64,000 nt of DNA from Bugula neritina (GCA_964035545.1 OZ037765.1:31495504-31559503); one strand, 5' to 3'. Shown: positions 52,972 through 64,000, numbered from the stretch's first letter. Numbers and translations are program-made. The notes: generated from the letters alone by a model not told the origin.

Positions 52972-53003
52972 CTACAGTCTGCTGTAAGTTGAGTGAGTTG
53001 CAC
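52972..53003 (-). other. Candidate 32-nt exon (possibly 5'UTR of the sulfotransferase gene)
   Basis: Flanked by ggcctgcag| acceptor and TAG|GTAAAT donor; no homology support. Confidence 0.3.
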
Positions 53004-54266
53004 CTGCAGGCCAACATTATGTTAAAACATAACTTGATGAAACTAAAAACCAATTGCTGCTCCAAAAATGACGATTCCAGATCACAACAAATTGATGGGA
53101 TTTTTAATAAAATAAAATACACGCTAATACTTTTAGCCTATTTTTGGTAGTTGTATTAGATAGAGTGAGGTTTTACCATTTCCTTTAATGACTCATGAGA
53201 AACAACAGAGTGTTACGTCACTTGCAACTTGGAAGCATTTTTAGCATGTTGTTTAGTTTTAGGTCAATGAGAAGTTCGATAAACAAATTTGAAATGTTGG
53301 GCTCCGTCCAGTTTACAATTTTTCAAAACACAATAATATAATATTCTGGTTTGATTGAATATACATGTATGTTTACTAATTTTGCTGGCAAATAGAAGCA
53401 CAGCATTATTAAAACAACCGTTATTTTTATCTCACTTTTGATGTCTTAACTTTGCAATCCAGATCTCTACACCTTCTTCAAAATAATTTATGCTGATAGA
53501 ATTAAGGAATAGTTATTTCATTAAATATTTAAGTTTCTGCATATGGTGTTTTTACTAACCATTCGACAGAGAAAGAGTTGTGTCTTTCAAACTCTTGCCA
53601 GTTGCTAGTAGGCTTCGCTAGTTCCAAGAGTGGAAATGACTCAAAGTTGATGAGCACCAAGAAAGATGTTCACGTAAAACAATAGAGAAAAAAGTAGATG
53701 TTTATAAACCGTCATATAGCGTATGAATGAATAATCAATAGCTATTGTATAGGTCAGGAGCTGCATATTGATTGGCTAACTGAGTAAATGTCAAACTAGT
53801 TAGCTTTGACCTGAATTACAAGTATTTACTTCATAGATTTCAACATTCACAGTAAACGTCATTACGTCACACTTCACAACTATGAATAATCAATGAGGTG
53901 TTGGTGTACAAAACAAAAATATATTTTGGTGTTTCAACATCACAATGATAATTATAATTCATAAAAGCAAAAGTAAACATTTTATTCATTTATTACAAGG
54001 AAGCTTTAAGCAAAGGAATGAGGTTTAGAGAAACAGGTAGTCTCCTATTTAGCATTAAACAGTTACACAACTGTCTGGCAAGACATTAGCAACACGATTT
54101 TATATAAAATAATGAAAGAAAAAATTCGATGGTAAATATGTAGTAGCAATATTCTAAAAGAAAACATAAATTGTCAAAATATAAAAAATTCTTGTACAAA
54201 ATTATAATTGAGCAGTCAAAAGTGATTTAGTAGTGAGAGATTGAGCAGATGTGCAGAGTGTAGAAT

Positions 54267-57200
54267 TCAGCATTGCTGCCAGAGACCCGAGGCTAATCTA
54301 AACCTTAGAGTTGTGTTCTCTTTGAAGATGGTAAGAGAAGGATCAGGATTTGAAGCAATAAACATGAGAGATTGTCGCACATCCGCCACAAAATCATCAG
54401 GCTCTTGCTCCGGACTAGTTGATAGGTGCTACCAAATAGTTAATTAACCAGCAGTTTACAGCCTGTCTCAATAGGTTACAGCTTTGGTTGCTTAGGTCTA
54501 TTATATAATAATTATATCAACTTACAAGAAATGCAACACTGATATGTATAATAACAAACAGACAATAATGCATCGAGACCAAATGTTAAGTAATGTATTG
54601 TTGAAATTGGAATTGAACGAGTTTGATTATATTTTGTCTAGAGCTGATCGGTCTCTTCGACTTGTGAAGTTAAACAATCTGGTTAATAAAAGATGGCTTC
54701 TACTTTTACAATGGGCTGATAACTTCTTCATAGAAAACAATTTAACATTTCAACAACAATGCATTGCTATTGCACATTGATGGAGAGTTACAGAACGCTA
54801 TAGCTGGTATGTCCAGAAGCATAGCCTACGGGCCCTGATATTATAGCTTGAAACAGAAAATCTTTACTTCTATAAAATAATACAATACCTAGGTCGATGT
54901 ACTGCAATGTATTCAATGTGCAGGTCTTTGTACTGCATATTGAAAATTTAATAAAATATTGACCTATTTTGAAGCAGCTTCACACATGAAATATTAATTA
55001 TATGACATATATAATAGTACTGCAATGATACACCTTACAAAACAGATGCAACTTGTAGCTGATAACTAATCACTTTTCAAACCACAAGTGACAAGAGAGC
55101 AACATCTCAAATGAACAAAAGTTAAGGGCAATAAGCAATAAGCTTTGCTTCCTGCTTGAAAAGCGCTTCGTAGAAAAATTCCGCAGTAAACTAATTCACA
55201 ATTCATGTGTCTGACTCATGTGCTAGGAATTTTAAAATTTCTCAAAGAATAAGACGTTATTGCTAATTTGTAAAATTATTCTAACAAAATACACAGTAGA
55301 CCTCTAGCTGCTGATACGTGATGTTTTATATTTTAAATTTCTATAAAAAAGGACTAGTTAGCTTTTGGGCAAGTTCTAACAATTAAATAAATATTAAATA
55401 AAGTTACCACAGTTATCAAAGATTATTAGACCCTATATGATAAGAGATGACAACTCCAACATATATTACCCAGTAACTAAAATGGTAATGGTAACTCAAA
55501 GAAACTATGAGCTTTAAGTGACAGGTATATTCCAGCCATTAGATACTTGAATGAAAACTTGTAATTTATAACAGTAAAAGGTCTGATCTGCGTATTGGGA
55601 GTTATGTCCTCTAGTTACTCCATATGACAATGCACCGGAGCCCCTACTTAACATTGTCAAGTAATCGACTTGGGATAATTAAGTACTCGACTTAGTGTAC
55701 TTAAGTACTTGACACCATCAAGTACTTAACTTGACACTATCAAGTACACAACTTGACACAATCAAGTACACAACTTGACACAATCAAGCACACAACTTGA
55801 CGCTATCAAGTACACAACTCTGCACTCACCTTCAGTAGAAACTTGTCTGACTGACTTAGCCAGAGGTCTATCTGCTGGAACTGATAGTGATAACTAAACG
55901 GCTGTAGAATCATCTCGTGACTAGAGTTATCATAACAGTTTACCATCTGCAAGCAAACAGTACTTCAGAGAATAGAAAGATTGCTTTCAACAGTTCTTTA
56001 ATAAAATTAATGGCCATGTATTACTATTAATACTAATGTCATGTATTATTACATCTATTGTTCTACATTAGTCGTATGTAATTCAACATGAATTTACAAA
56101 CATCCACATCAGTAATATAATTAATTATACAAGATATAAAGATAAATGATAATTTTCTTGTAATGGATGACTCTGAATTAGATGACTATGAAAAAACAAA
56201 CATATGGAGGCTGACGAGCCACGAACTGAAAACTAGTAGAACGTCAACACTACCCTTAACTGACTGTACTTCAGTTCTATGTGTGGTTCTTTGCTACTCT
56301 GCAAAGAGCATGCAACTCTAAGTCTAGACTTAGAATAGACTCTCTCGAAGCTACTAATTTATGATTCAACTCTCCATATATTTTAGTATAATAATTGAAC
56401 CGAGTACCTGTTTGGGGCCAATAAAGTTCCTGGCCCCTTTGACCTCTCTCATTGGCCCTTTATTCTCACACTGCACGCGATGAATTTCCATACTGTCACA
56501 GTTTACACCTAAAATACCAAAACAAATGCACACAAATTTTTTCGAAGAAGGGGAAATAACTCCAAAACCACAGTATTGCCCATTCGCAACTCAAGAGCTT
56601 GCTTGTTCAAGTTTTAAAATTTTGTAGAGTTTCCTCAAAAACTTTTTACATCATTAGTTGTTAAAGCCTAACAATAACTATTTACATATTCATGACCACT
56701 GAACTGGAAAATATACAATTTTGAGTTCATTGTTCATAACAAAGTGTGAATTACCAAACTAGTTTAATAAGATTATTTTAGCATTAAGTTATACATTTAT
56801 TAATTTTTAATAAGTCATATCTACAGCTGTTTTTGGTCTAAAAGTAACCGTTAGTGGGAGATTTGTGAGTTACAGTGACTAATCAACCAAGATGTGTTCA
56901 AACTCTTCCAAATTCAAGTAGTAGCCCTAGTCCCTAGTTATACTCAGTATTTTGTTTTCATAAAAAATATAATTGTGACTTTAGTATTACTGCTCATGCT
57001 GTTTTTAGGGTGGGACAACTCTATACTCATAACTTGCAAGTAGACTGCTGAAATCTAAATATCTGATGATTGAGCTTTCAAAAGAAAATATTCCCCAAGA
57101 AAAAAAATAAATAGTCCAAAATCATATCAAAGAAAACCAACAGAAACACTACACATTCAATCTAAACACTGAGAAGTATTTTATACTAGTGACTGAGACA

Positions 57201-60200
57201 CCAGATATTTGAAGTGTAGGAAGTTCCCAGCATGCACCTGAATATTGCTGTCAGAAATGCTGCCGAATACTCACCTACACCATAGTATATTGGATAACAA
57301 GTGTCGTGCTCGAATCTGCTGTTGAGATTAAAGACACACGCCACTTTAATATGTATATCCCGAGTAGAGGCGTGCATTGCACCTGCAACGGTATAACAAG
57401 GTAGCTTAGAAGTAGACATAATAGCAATATGTAAGAGTGAATAGAAATACCAGTGTCTAAGTTTAGGTTTACAACGATGGCCAATCAGTTACTAACATGA
57501 TATGTATTTTAATACTTATTAAATAGCTAATCCTACAGCAGTTTATAAAATGTAAATACGATATCTTCACAGTAATGTATAATAAACCACAATAATGGTG
57601 CTGACTATAGTCTGTGGGAAATGTCCAACATGTAGTGAAACTGGGGTGGCAAACTGACACACCCGTCATGAGAGCGCAAGGGATATTATCGACTAAATGT
57701 AATCTTACGGAAAAGCTCTTTTGCCAATTTGATGGAATATCCTTTCGTATCTTGAAATCCTCCAAAGATATACACATCATAACTACAATACGAGTATATA
57801 TTATGGCATATACGCAGACAGGTATGTTACAGCATACACTCACCTGTGCTGAGTTGAGACAAATATATTACAGTCTAAACTCACCTGTGTTGAGTTGAGG
57901 CAGGTATACTATGGCATAAACTCACCTGTGCTGAGTTGAGGCAGGTGTAACTTGGCCACATCTCAAGTCCATTTGCTGGATCAGATCATGAACGCCCTGC
58001 TCTGTATTGCAGCCATCGAAATGTGACAGACCAATCACTCTGCTTTCTACTCACAAAGCACAACATAATTGTCTCACAACTGGTCATGGTTGTTAAAGTT
58101 TTAGGAAAGTTATGAGAAGGGATAAACTTACCAGGTTGTATAAATACTACAATATGACAGGTTGTAGCACTATCACTCGCTATGTACTCCACATTTCCTA
58201 TAATATATAAATAACATAGCTTACAATGGGTGCTGTTGGTTGTTATTAAACAAAGGTTATTTAATTCAGAAATACAATATAACACAACAGTTACATAATC
58301 TCATCTCATCTCATTAATCTCACTCGGAGCGCTTTGGCTCCTTTATCGAGATGCAGTGGTGTATGAACAATTGTTTAGATTATCAGTAGTAAGGAAGAAA
58401 ACTATTTTGTCTACGAGATAAGAATATAGTTAATTATGCTTCGATTCAAAGCTTATAGCTACTGCCAGGAGAGGAAGAAAAAAAGAAAGAGAAAAAAAAA
58501 AAAAAAAGTAAACAAATAAATAGATATACACCGCACAGCTTCAGATGATATAAAGCAGAGTCGGTGTTAAGTGCTTATAATCAGTTAGGCAAAGCAGCTA
58601 GAATCATTAGAAAAGTTTATGGATGCGATGTTTATATGAATGTTTGGCAGTTTTGGTATTGATATTGCCCTTAATAGCACCATGTCTGGTATTGTGAGAC
58701 TCTGCAAAATGAAGGGAGAACCGGTCTTGGTCTATAGCGGCACTACCAGAAAGCATACGAAAGTACATTTTTTGGTCTGCATTGTCACGTCTTTGTGCAA
58801 GGCTATCCCAATTAGAATTTGTCATGAGCTCAGTTATATGATTTCGTTTTCTCTTACAGAATGTCCACCTGAAGGCTTTTCTATTTATACCTTCTATGAT
58901 GTTGATGTTTTTCAATTTAAATGGAGACCAGGTGTGGGTCGCAAATTCTAGTATAGGGCGACAGACTGTTTTATAAGCTATGGCTCTGGTTTTACTTTTA
59001 GCCTTTTTTAGACAGCGCATCAGCATGTGTAATAATTTATTAGCTTTTGAGCAAATGTTTATTATATGTTGATCGAATGAAAGTTTATTATCAATCGTGA
59101 CACCAAGGTATAATACTTTGTCAACACATTGTAAGGGGTCATTATTCATGCTGTATTGAGACACTAGAGGATTTACAGTGGAGCGTTGAATTGTCATATG
59201 CTCACATTTATTTATATTGAACTTCATCTGAGAACTGTCTGCCCAAGTTATAAGATGGTCTAAGTCATTCTGAAATAAACTAGAATCAGCAGGTGTTGTG
59301 ATTGGTTTGTACAACAAGGAATCATCTGCATATAGTTTAAGCTTGCTGTTGGCTACCGCAGAGTGCATGTCATTTATGTACACATTAAATAACAATGGTC
59401 CTAATACACTGCCTTGGGGCACTCCTGAGGTCACATGTCTAGTGGCCGATTTGACGTTGTTGACACAGACTGAAAGAAGACGGTTCTGAAGCCATGAAAA
59501 AATCCATTTGACAGTTTTATCAGCTATTCCGATATTTAGCAGTTTAACCTGTAGTTTATGGTGCGACACAACGTCAAAGGCCTTTGAAAAATCCAAGACA
59601 GCGAGATCAACCGGTATCATTTCGTCAAAAAAATCTATAAATTCACTCACTGTATTCAACAATATGTTTTATGTAAAGATAAAATAAAATATTTGTTAAA
59701 CAAAATCAAAACCATCAGCTGTTAATATTGTAAGAACAGCAACGGTGAAAGAATTGATCTCTATGAAGTAAATGGAAGATACTGCTGTAGTGTTGAGTTT
59801 ACCCAGTAGCCTCCGTGGTGTAATGGTAGCACTCTTGCTTGCAAGCCAGAGGACTTGGGTTCAATTCCCAGTGGTGGCAATTATTTTACAACTGCTATAC
59901 TATAGAATATAGTATTTTTAGACTTCTGTCACTTTGTAGAAAGTTTATAGCCTACACTGAATACTCAGCACCTCACCTTTGGAATGTGGATCAACTACGG
60001 CATACTCTCTCTGCCCAACATAAAGAACATTTTCTTCCAACACAATCTCAGGCTTTGATACCCAAGTTTCAGCCAATGCCTAAAGCAAAGTTAATAACTC
60101 TGGAATGCTATAATATAGAAATTCATTTGTTTGCAATTGTTTTACAGGTTATACTTGAAGTGCATATAAAATGTGTTACTGATTATGTTTTTTTATGACC

Positions 60201-60398
60201 ATTGCAGATAGTTAATTTAAATACAATTTTTGTTTATAGGCTAAATACTGATGAAAAAATCTACCAATTCTTACTTGTTTACAATGAGTATATTGTATTT
60301 ACCTTAAAAGTTGATGACAAACTAGAATCTTCAGTTAAAAGTTGGTCTTGGTCAAAGAGTGAATGTTGGAGTTGCCTTTTATTCAGAAATAAAGGCAT
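54267..60398 (-). CDS. NTAN1: Protein N-terminal asparagine amidohydrolase (N-degron pathway)
   Basis: Exons 60398-60303, 60079-59977, 58197-58132, 58046-57926, 57782-57709, 57382-57275, 56508-56408, 55946-55830, 54428-54267 (948 nt, ~315 aa). MPLFL start, VLYVGQREYAV, ASDSATTCHIVV (catalytic Ser/Cys), LSHFDG (His), IFGGFQD, YPIYYGV, NKGP, LSTSPEQEPDDFV, GLW. Acceptor at 60419-60420 implies an upstream non-coding exon. Confidence 0.92.
55700..55818. repeat. 22-bp tandem repeat x~5 (ACTTGACACAATCAAGTACACA) next to an NTAN1 donor
   Basis: Direct inspection; unit has an internal CTTGA/TCAAG dyad. Confidence 0.85.
57838..57946 (-). repeat. 41-bp tandem repeat x3 containing NTAN1 exon end plus donor (CTCAACTCAGCACAG|GTGAGT)
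   Basis: Exon-end copies at 57926, 57885, 57844. Confidence 0.9.
58297..59662 (-). mobile_element. 5'-truncated non-LTR retrotransposon (CR1/L2 group) in NTAN1 intron
   Basis: RT ORF 58607-59662 plus 3'UTR with hairpin GGAGC-N6-GCTCC (58326-58341) and (GAGAT)n tail (~58297-58322); no TSD seen. Confidence 0.88.
58607..59662 (-). CDS. Reverse transcriptase C-terminal half (LINE ORF2 fragment)
   Basis: LDFSKAFD, SGVPQGSVLGPLLF, YADD, YLGV, RPILEFA; uninterrupted for 351 aa. Confidence 0.9.
   Translation of the reverse strand: MLNTVSEFIDFFDEMIPVDLAVLDFSKAFDVVSHHKLQVKLLNIGIADKTVKWIFSWLQNRLLSVCVNNVKSATRHVTSGVPQGSVLGPLLFNVYINDMHSAVANSKLKLYADDSLLYKPITTPADSSLFQNDLDHLITWADSSQMKFNINKCEHMTIQRSTVNPLVSQYSMNNDPLQCVDKVLYLGVTIDNKLSFDQHIINICSKANKLLHMLMRCLKKAKSKTRAIAYKTVCRPILEFATHTWSPFKLKNINIIEGINRKAFRWTFCKRKRNHITELMTNSNWDSLAQRRDNADQKMYFRMLSGSAAIDQDRFSLHFAESHNTRHGAIKGNINTKTAKHSYKHRIHKLF
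59786..59880 (+). mobile_element. tRNA-derived element or tRNA pseudogene
   Basis: 59809-59879 folds as a cloverleaf with A box TGGTGTAATGG and B box GGTTCAATTCC, but has a 6-nt anticodon loop and stem mismatches; leader shared with 45552-45635. Confidence 0.6.
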
Positions 60399-60699
60399 AC
60401 CCAGATTTAGCTACTGAGCTAATAAAAATAAAAGCAACAAAATTAAACAACTACCTTTATATAAATTTTAATGTGAACTTATTTACTTCAAATAACAATT
60501 ATTGTATTTCAATATAAACCTACAGTTACTATATGTAACTCAATAGGTGAGTATGACCCGACGACACATCAAATCTAAGTTTAACTGTAGAAAATGAAAA
60601 TGTGTTTTTATGAGTATGAAAAGCAAAACATCGAATTGATTAAATATATTGGCAAAATTGAAGCTTAAGAAACTACTTTTAAATATAATAACATAAATA

Positions 60700-61120
60700 A
60701 CATCAACAATAAGTATAACTGTAAGGCTAAAAGTAAAACAAATACTAACCAAGTCTCATCCTGTAACTTCAAGTGCACTAATAGTGATTACTAAGCCTAA
60801 TTATTAAATTACTAAAAGCTACAAAATTAGTAATTGATAATCTTAAATTAACAGTAACAGTAAGCATAACTTTAAGTTCAATACTATTAGTATTACTATT
60901 AATATTACTTAGTAATACTAATTTAGTAATTTACTACTACTAGTTACTAGTAGTAGTAATACTAATACTAATAGTAATAGTAAAACTAAAATTAAATCAC
61001 TAAATCAAAATGTAATACCTAGTAGTAGTAAACGTATAAGTTATAACTGTATAAGTTATAACATTAACTATAAGTATTACTCTTAGTATTACTAATACTA
61101 ATACTAATAGTTATAGTAAT
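60700..61120. repeat. Cryptic 3/6-bp-periodic (TAN)n-like tract upstream of NTAN1 coding exon 1; resumes at 62077-62130 after the LINE
   Basis: e.g. tactaatactaatagtaatagtaaaactaaa; same texture as 11340-11630 and 35850-36120. Confidence 0.7.
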
Positions 61121-62076
61121 ACTTCGGGAGTTCCACAGGGTTCTGTGCTTGGGCCGTCCATGTTTTTGGTCTACATCAATGACATATCAGACATTCTCCA
61201 GTCATCCTCGATTAAACTTTTTGCAGATGATGCGTTACTTTATCGCCCAGTTAATACTCTAGAAGATTCAGTTAAATTTCAAGAGGATTTGGCTTCACTT
61301 GAACAATGGGCTTCTCAGTGGAAAATGTCTTTTAATACTGAGAAATGTCAGATTGTTCGGTTTGCTAGGCAGGATTGCGACAATTATAGTCCTGAATATT
61401 TTCTAAACAACATACCACTAGCCTTAGTGAAGAGTTTTAAATACCTTGGTGTCTTTATTTTAAATAACTTTAGTTGGGATTTGCACATAGAGACAATAAC
61501 AGCTAGGGCTAGCCAAAGATTGGGTATGATTAAACACGTGCTCTTTGATGCCCCACGGAGGGTGAAGCGGGTTGCCTACCTCACTTTGTGTAGGCCACTG
61601 CTGGAATTTGCGTGCGAGGTCTGGGACCCCCATCTAGCAAGACAGGTTTCATTGCTAGAGAGCGTCCAGAGAAAGGCAATTAGATTTATTTTAGGTATTA
61701 AGGGCAGAAATAGCGTTACTGAAGGGAGAATTTCTCTAGAGATGGAACTTCTGGAATTGAGGCGCAGAAATGCCAGAATGTCCCTGATGCTAAAGTTTTT
61801 ATCAGGCAGCAGCCACACTTCTTTTATTGAGAGTTTTAATCAAATACAAAATAACATTCATAGTTACCAGACTCGTTCAGTTTTAGGGGGTGCTCCATTG
61901 GCTGTGTGTGCAAACACTAGTTTTTACTTACATAGATGATAGTTTTTTACCTAGAACATCGCGCGATCTACGCGGACTACCGTAAAATTCAAGTCTTTTT
62001 TACGATATGACGACCTTCTTTTGCCCCTTCTTTTGCCCGGCATCGGGATCTAAAGGTTCTTGAGTTACCTAGACCT
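61121..62076 (+). mobile_element. 5'-truncated non-LTR retrotransposon (CR1/L2 group), second family
   Basis: Begins abruptly at TSGVPQGSVLGP; FADD, YLGV, RPLLEFA; ORF stops at 61939, and removing a 7-nt insert restores HSFLPRT..LP*; 3' hairpin CCCG-GCAT-CGGG (~62036-62047), short acctag tail. Confidence 0.88.
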
Positions 62077-62682
62077 ATTAGTATTAGTATTACAGTACGA
62101 GTATGAGTATTGTTATGATTTTCAGTTTTAGGGTCGATGTGCCACCAAGAGAGTCTATTTATCACTAGAGAAACTTCACCGAGTTAAGTCGAGTAGATAT
62201 CGTTATATTTGAATACAAGAATACATAATAAAATCTAATATACAACAGTAATAATACGCACGTCTATTTAATTTACAGCACTATCCTCAACTGAGCTAGT
62301 GGCGCGAAGCTGCTACTATTACTCATAAACAGCCTAGCTAATTGGCTAATACATTGTTCCGGGTCAATACGCAACCTTGCGTATTGTGTTGCTGGTAGCT
62401 CCACGAGCCACCACACTGCCCCCTCCAGCAGAAAGCCCTCTTTCTGATAAAAATATAATTCACATAAAAAAAACGTATACTTCGTTGTGGAGAGAGAGAA
62501 CAGTATAAAAGTATATACAAAAAAACAACCGATAAAATATACAGGTATATATATAAAACGTACACAATGTGTAATATGTAAGAGAAGGTCCTATTTACAT
62601 GTAGAGTACGTGCCACCATAACGGTAGGGAATGCCACAGAGAGGTAGGGGAAGAGTAGTATGGAGTTGGAGATAGACTCATG

Positions 62683-63627
62683 TTAACTGCGGGCCGCACG
62701 CTTCATGCGTTTAATAGACTCCTGTAGATATTTGAGTTCACTGGATGCAGCCTGCACCCGCGGGGCCAGTCTGTACACTTCTTGCTCTAGGTCGTGTGCC
62801 CTAGCTTCTACTTCACGTAGGTTGCGGGCCAGGGGGGACGAACGAGAGGAAGTCTGCTGTCTGTGTCTTTTCCGTTCTGAGGATGGAAGGGGAGGAGGGA
62901 GTGTATACGCCTTCGTGTCTACCCTCTGTAGTACGACACGGGGGAAGGTATGCGGGTGGCGTAGAGGACTGTGAGGTGGAGAGTTAGTTGACTGTATAGG
63001 TTTATCTGCGGCTCCAGAGATGATTGGTCGCGGGGAAGGAAAGCCTTGCTCCAGGCGAGATAGCCGAGCTGGGTCAGTGATGAGGGGTTTGATGGCGTTG
63101 AGAAATGCGGGATATGATGATTCGTCTACTTCATAGACGTGTCCTTGATAACACTGCATAGTGCGTTGGTGACGCAGTAGGTAATCACGATTGTAACTAT
63201 ATTCTCCACAGGGGCAGAACGTGGTGATGTAATGCTGCGGCAAGTGTACTTTCAGCCTGCGGTGGGTTGTAGAAGTTGTTGGGGCCGGCTCTGGGTCCCA
63301 CGCCATCTCTAGAGAAGGCATGCCCGGAGAGACGGGTGCGAGTGTGTCTACAAAAGTAGAATTATTGTTAAATCGCGGTGGATCTTTACAACATAATTCT
63401 AGTGACTGTCGACTGTTACTAGCCTGAGAGTCACAGCTTTTGGAATGCACTCGAGGAACCGATGAATCATGTGTGGACTGACCAAGAACAGTGTCTAGCT
63501 CCAGGTCTAACAGACCGTCGGCCATTACAGTGTCCTCATCATCATTCACATGAAACGTGGTTCCCAGTAATTCTGATTCAATCTGCTGAATTAGTTCAGA
63601 ATTTACTGGCATCGAGCTCGTTTCCAT
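62683..63627 (-). CDS. Extra ORF of the LTR element: acidic N-terminus, zinc-finger-like motif, basic patch, coiled coil
   Basis: Intact 314-aa ATG ORF; CPCGEYSYNRDYLLRHQRTMQC; ERKRHR; heptads LREVEARAHDLEQEVYRL..LKYLQESIKRMK; no signal peptide or TM. Confidence 0.7.
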   Translation of the reverse strand: METSSMPVNSELIQQIESELLGTTFHVNDDEDTVMADGLLDLELDTVLGQSTHDSSVPRVHSKSCDSQASNSRQSLELCCKDPPRFNNNSTFVDTLAPVSPGMPSLEMAWDPEPAPTTSTTHRRLKVHLPQHYITTFCPCGEYSYNRDYLLRHQRTMQCYQGHVYEVDESSYPAFLNAIKPLITDPARLSRLEQGFPSPRPIISGAADKPIQSTNSPPHSPLRHPHTFPRVVLQRVDTKAYTLPPPLPSSERKRHRQQTSSRSSPLARNLREVEARAHDLEQEVYRLAPRVQAASSELKYLQESIKRMKRAARS

Positions 63628-63644
63628 GAATAGGAATACAAGAC

Positions 63645-64000
63645 TTATACTGGCTTACCTGTGAACTCGGTATTAATGTCCATACTCAACGTTCTTGGTA
63701 AGATTGGAGCTGGTTGTGAGATACGTCTGCCTTTGGCGATGTCAGCGTAAGAAAAGGCTGAGCATCGTTTCTGAGGCATGAGGTCGGAACTATTTGCTTT
63801 ACGCGCATTAATTCCTCCCACTATTCCGCCCTCGCAAAAGTTGATATTTGCGTGGGGTTCACAACTCCAACATTTTATCGTACGGTTTTCCCCTAGACTT
63901 TCATGAGTGCCGCTTCTAATGCAGTCACATACGAAGTCTTTTAAATATGGTGGGGCTTTCCTCGTACGCTGTCCCCGCTCTAGGGGGGGTGACACGCTCG
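63645..64000 (-). CDS. C-terminal end of retrotransposon Pol (post-integrase tail), open to window edge
   Basis: ERGQRTRKAPPYLKDFV matches the R-x-x-R-x-R-x-x-P-x-x-L-x-D-F/Y motif typical after Gypsy integrases. Confidence 0.6.
   Translation of the reverse strand, partial: SVSPPLERGQRTRKAPPYLKDFVCDCIRSGTHESLGENRTIKCWSCEPHANINFCEGGIVGGINARKANSSDLMPQKRCSAFSYADIAKGRRISQPAPILPRTLSMDINTEFTGKPV

Larger units (their letters stand above)
62138..64000 (-). mobile_element. 3' end of an LTR retrotransposon (Ty3/Gypsy-like), continuing beyond the window
   Basis: 278-bp LTR 62415-62138 with TGTG...CACA ends, preceded by polypurine tract GGAGGGGGCAG (62426-62416); GC-richer internal region with two same-strand ORFs. 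Confidence 0.8.

Noticed and set aside
59809-59879. Functional tRNA gene
   Set aside because: 6-nt anticodon loop and stem mismatches; a related decayed copy exists elsewhere.
62683-63627. env gene
   Set aside because: No signal peptide or transmembrane segment.

Overview
AT-rich, intron-rich animal (invertebrate-like) genomic DNA, not prokaryotic; the species cannot be fixed from sequence alone. Splicing exons by hand across GT-AG introns gives six apparently intact protein genes whose exon phases all close in frame. They are PHKB (-, 19 coding exons, ~1043 aa, CaaX end), FBXO47 (+, ~465 aa), an NDR/STK38 kinase (-, ~462 aa), RRN3/TIF-IA (+, ~570 aa), a Sulfotransfer_2 carbohydrate sulfotransferase (-, ~377 aa) and NTAN1 (-, ~315 aa, barely visible in the ORF track). 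The probable last exon of a DENND11-like gene lies at the left edge. Gene names rest on recalled similarity to human proteins, not on a database search. Mobile DNA comprises a decayed Tc1 element with perfect TIRs, a hAT-type MITE, tRNA-derived SINE copies, two 5'-truncated CR1/L2-group LINEs, and the 3' end of a Gypsy-like LTR element carrying an extra non-env ORF. The most notable unexplained structure is: (i) long cryptic 6-bp-periodic tracts at gene 5' ends; (ii) intronic minisatellites that amplify the adjacent splice site itself; (iii) the zinc-finger/coiled-coil extra ORF of the LTR element; (iv) RRN3-NTAN1 linkage as in human.
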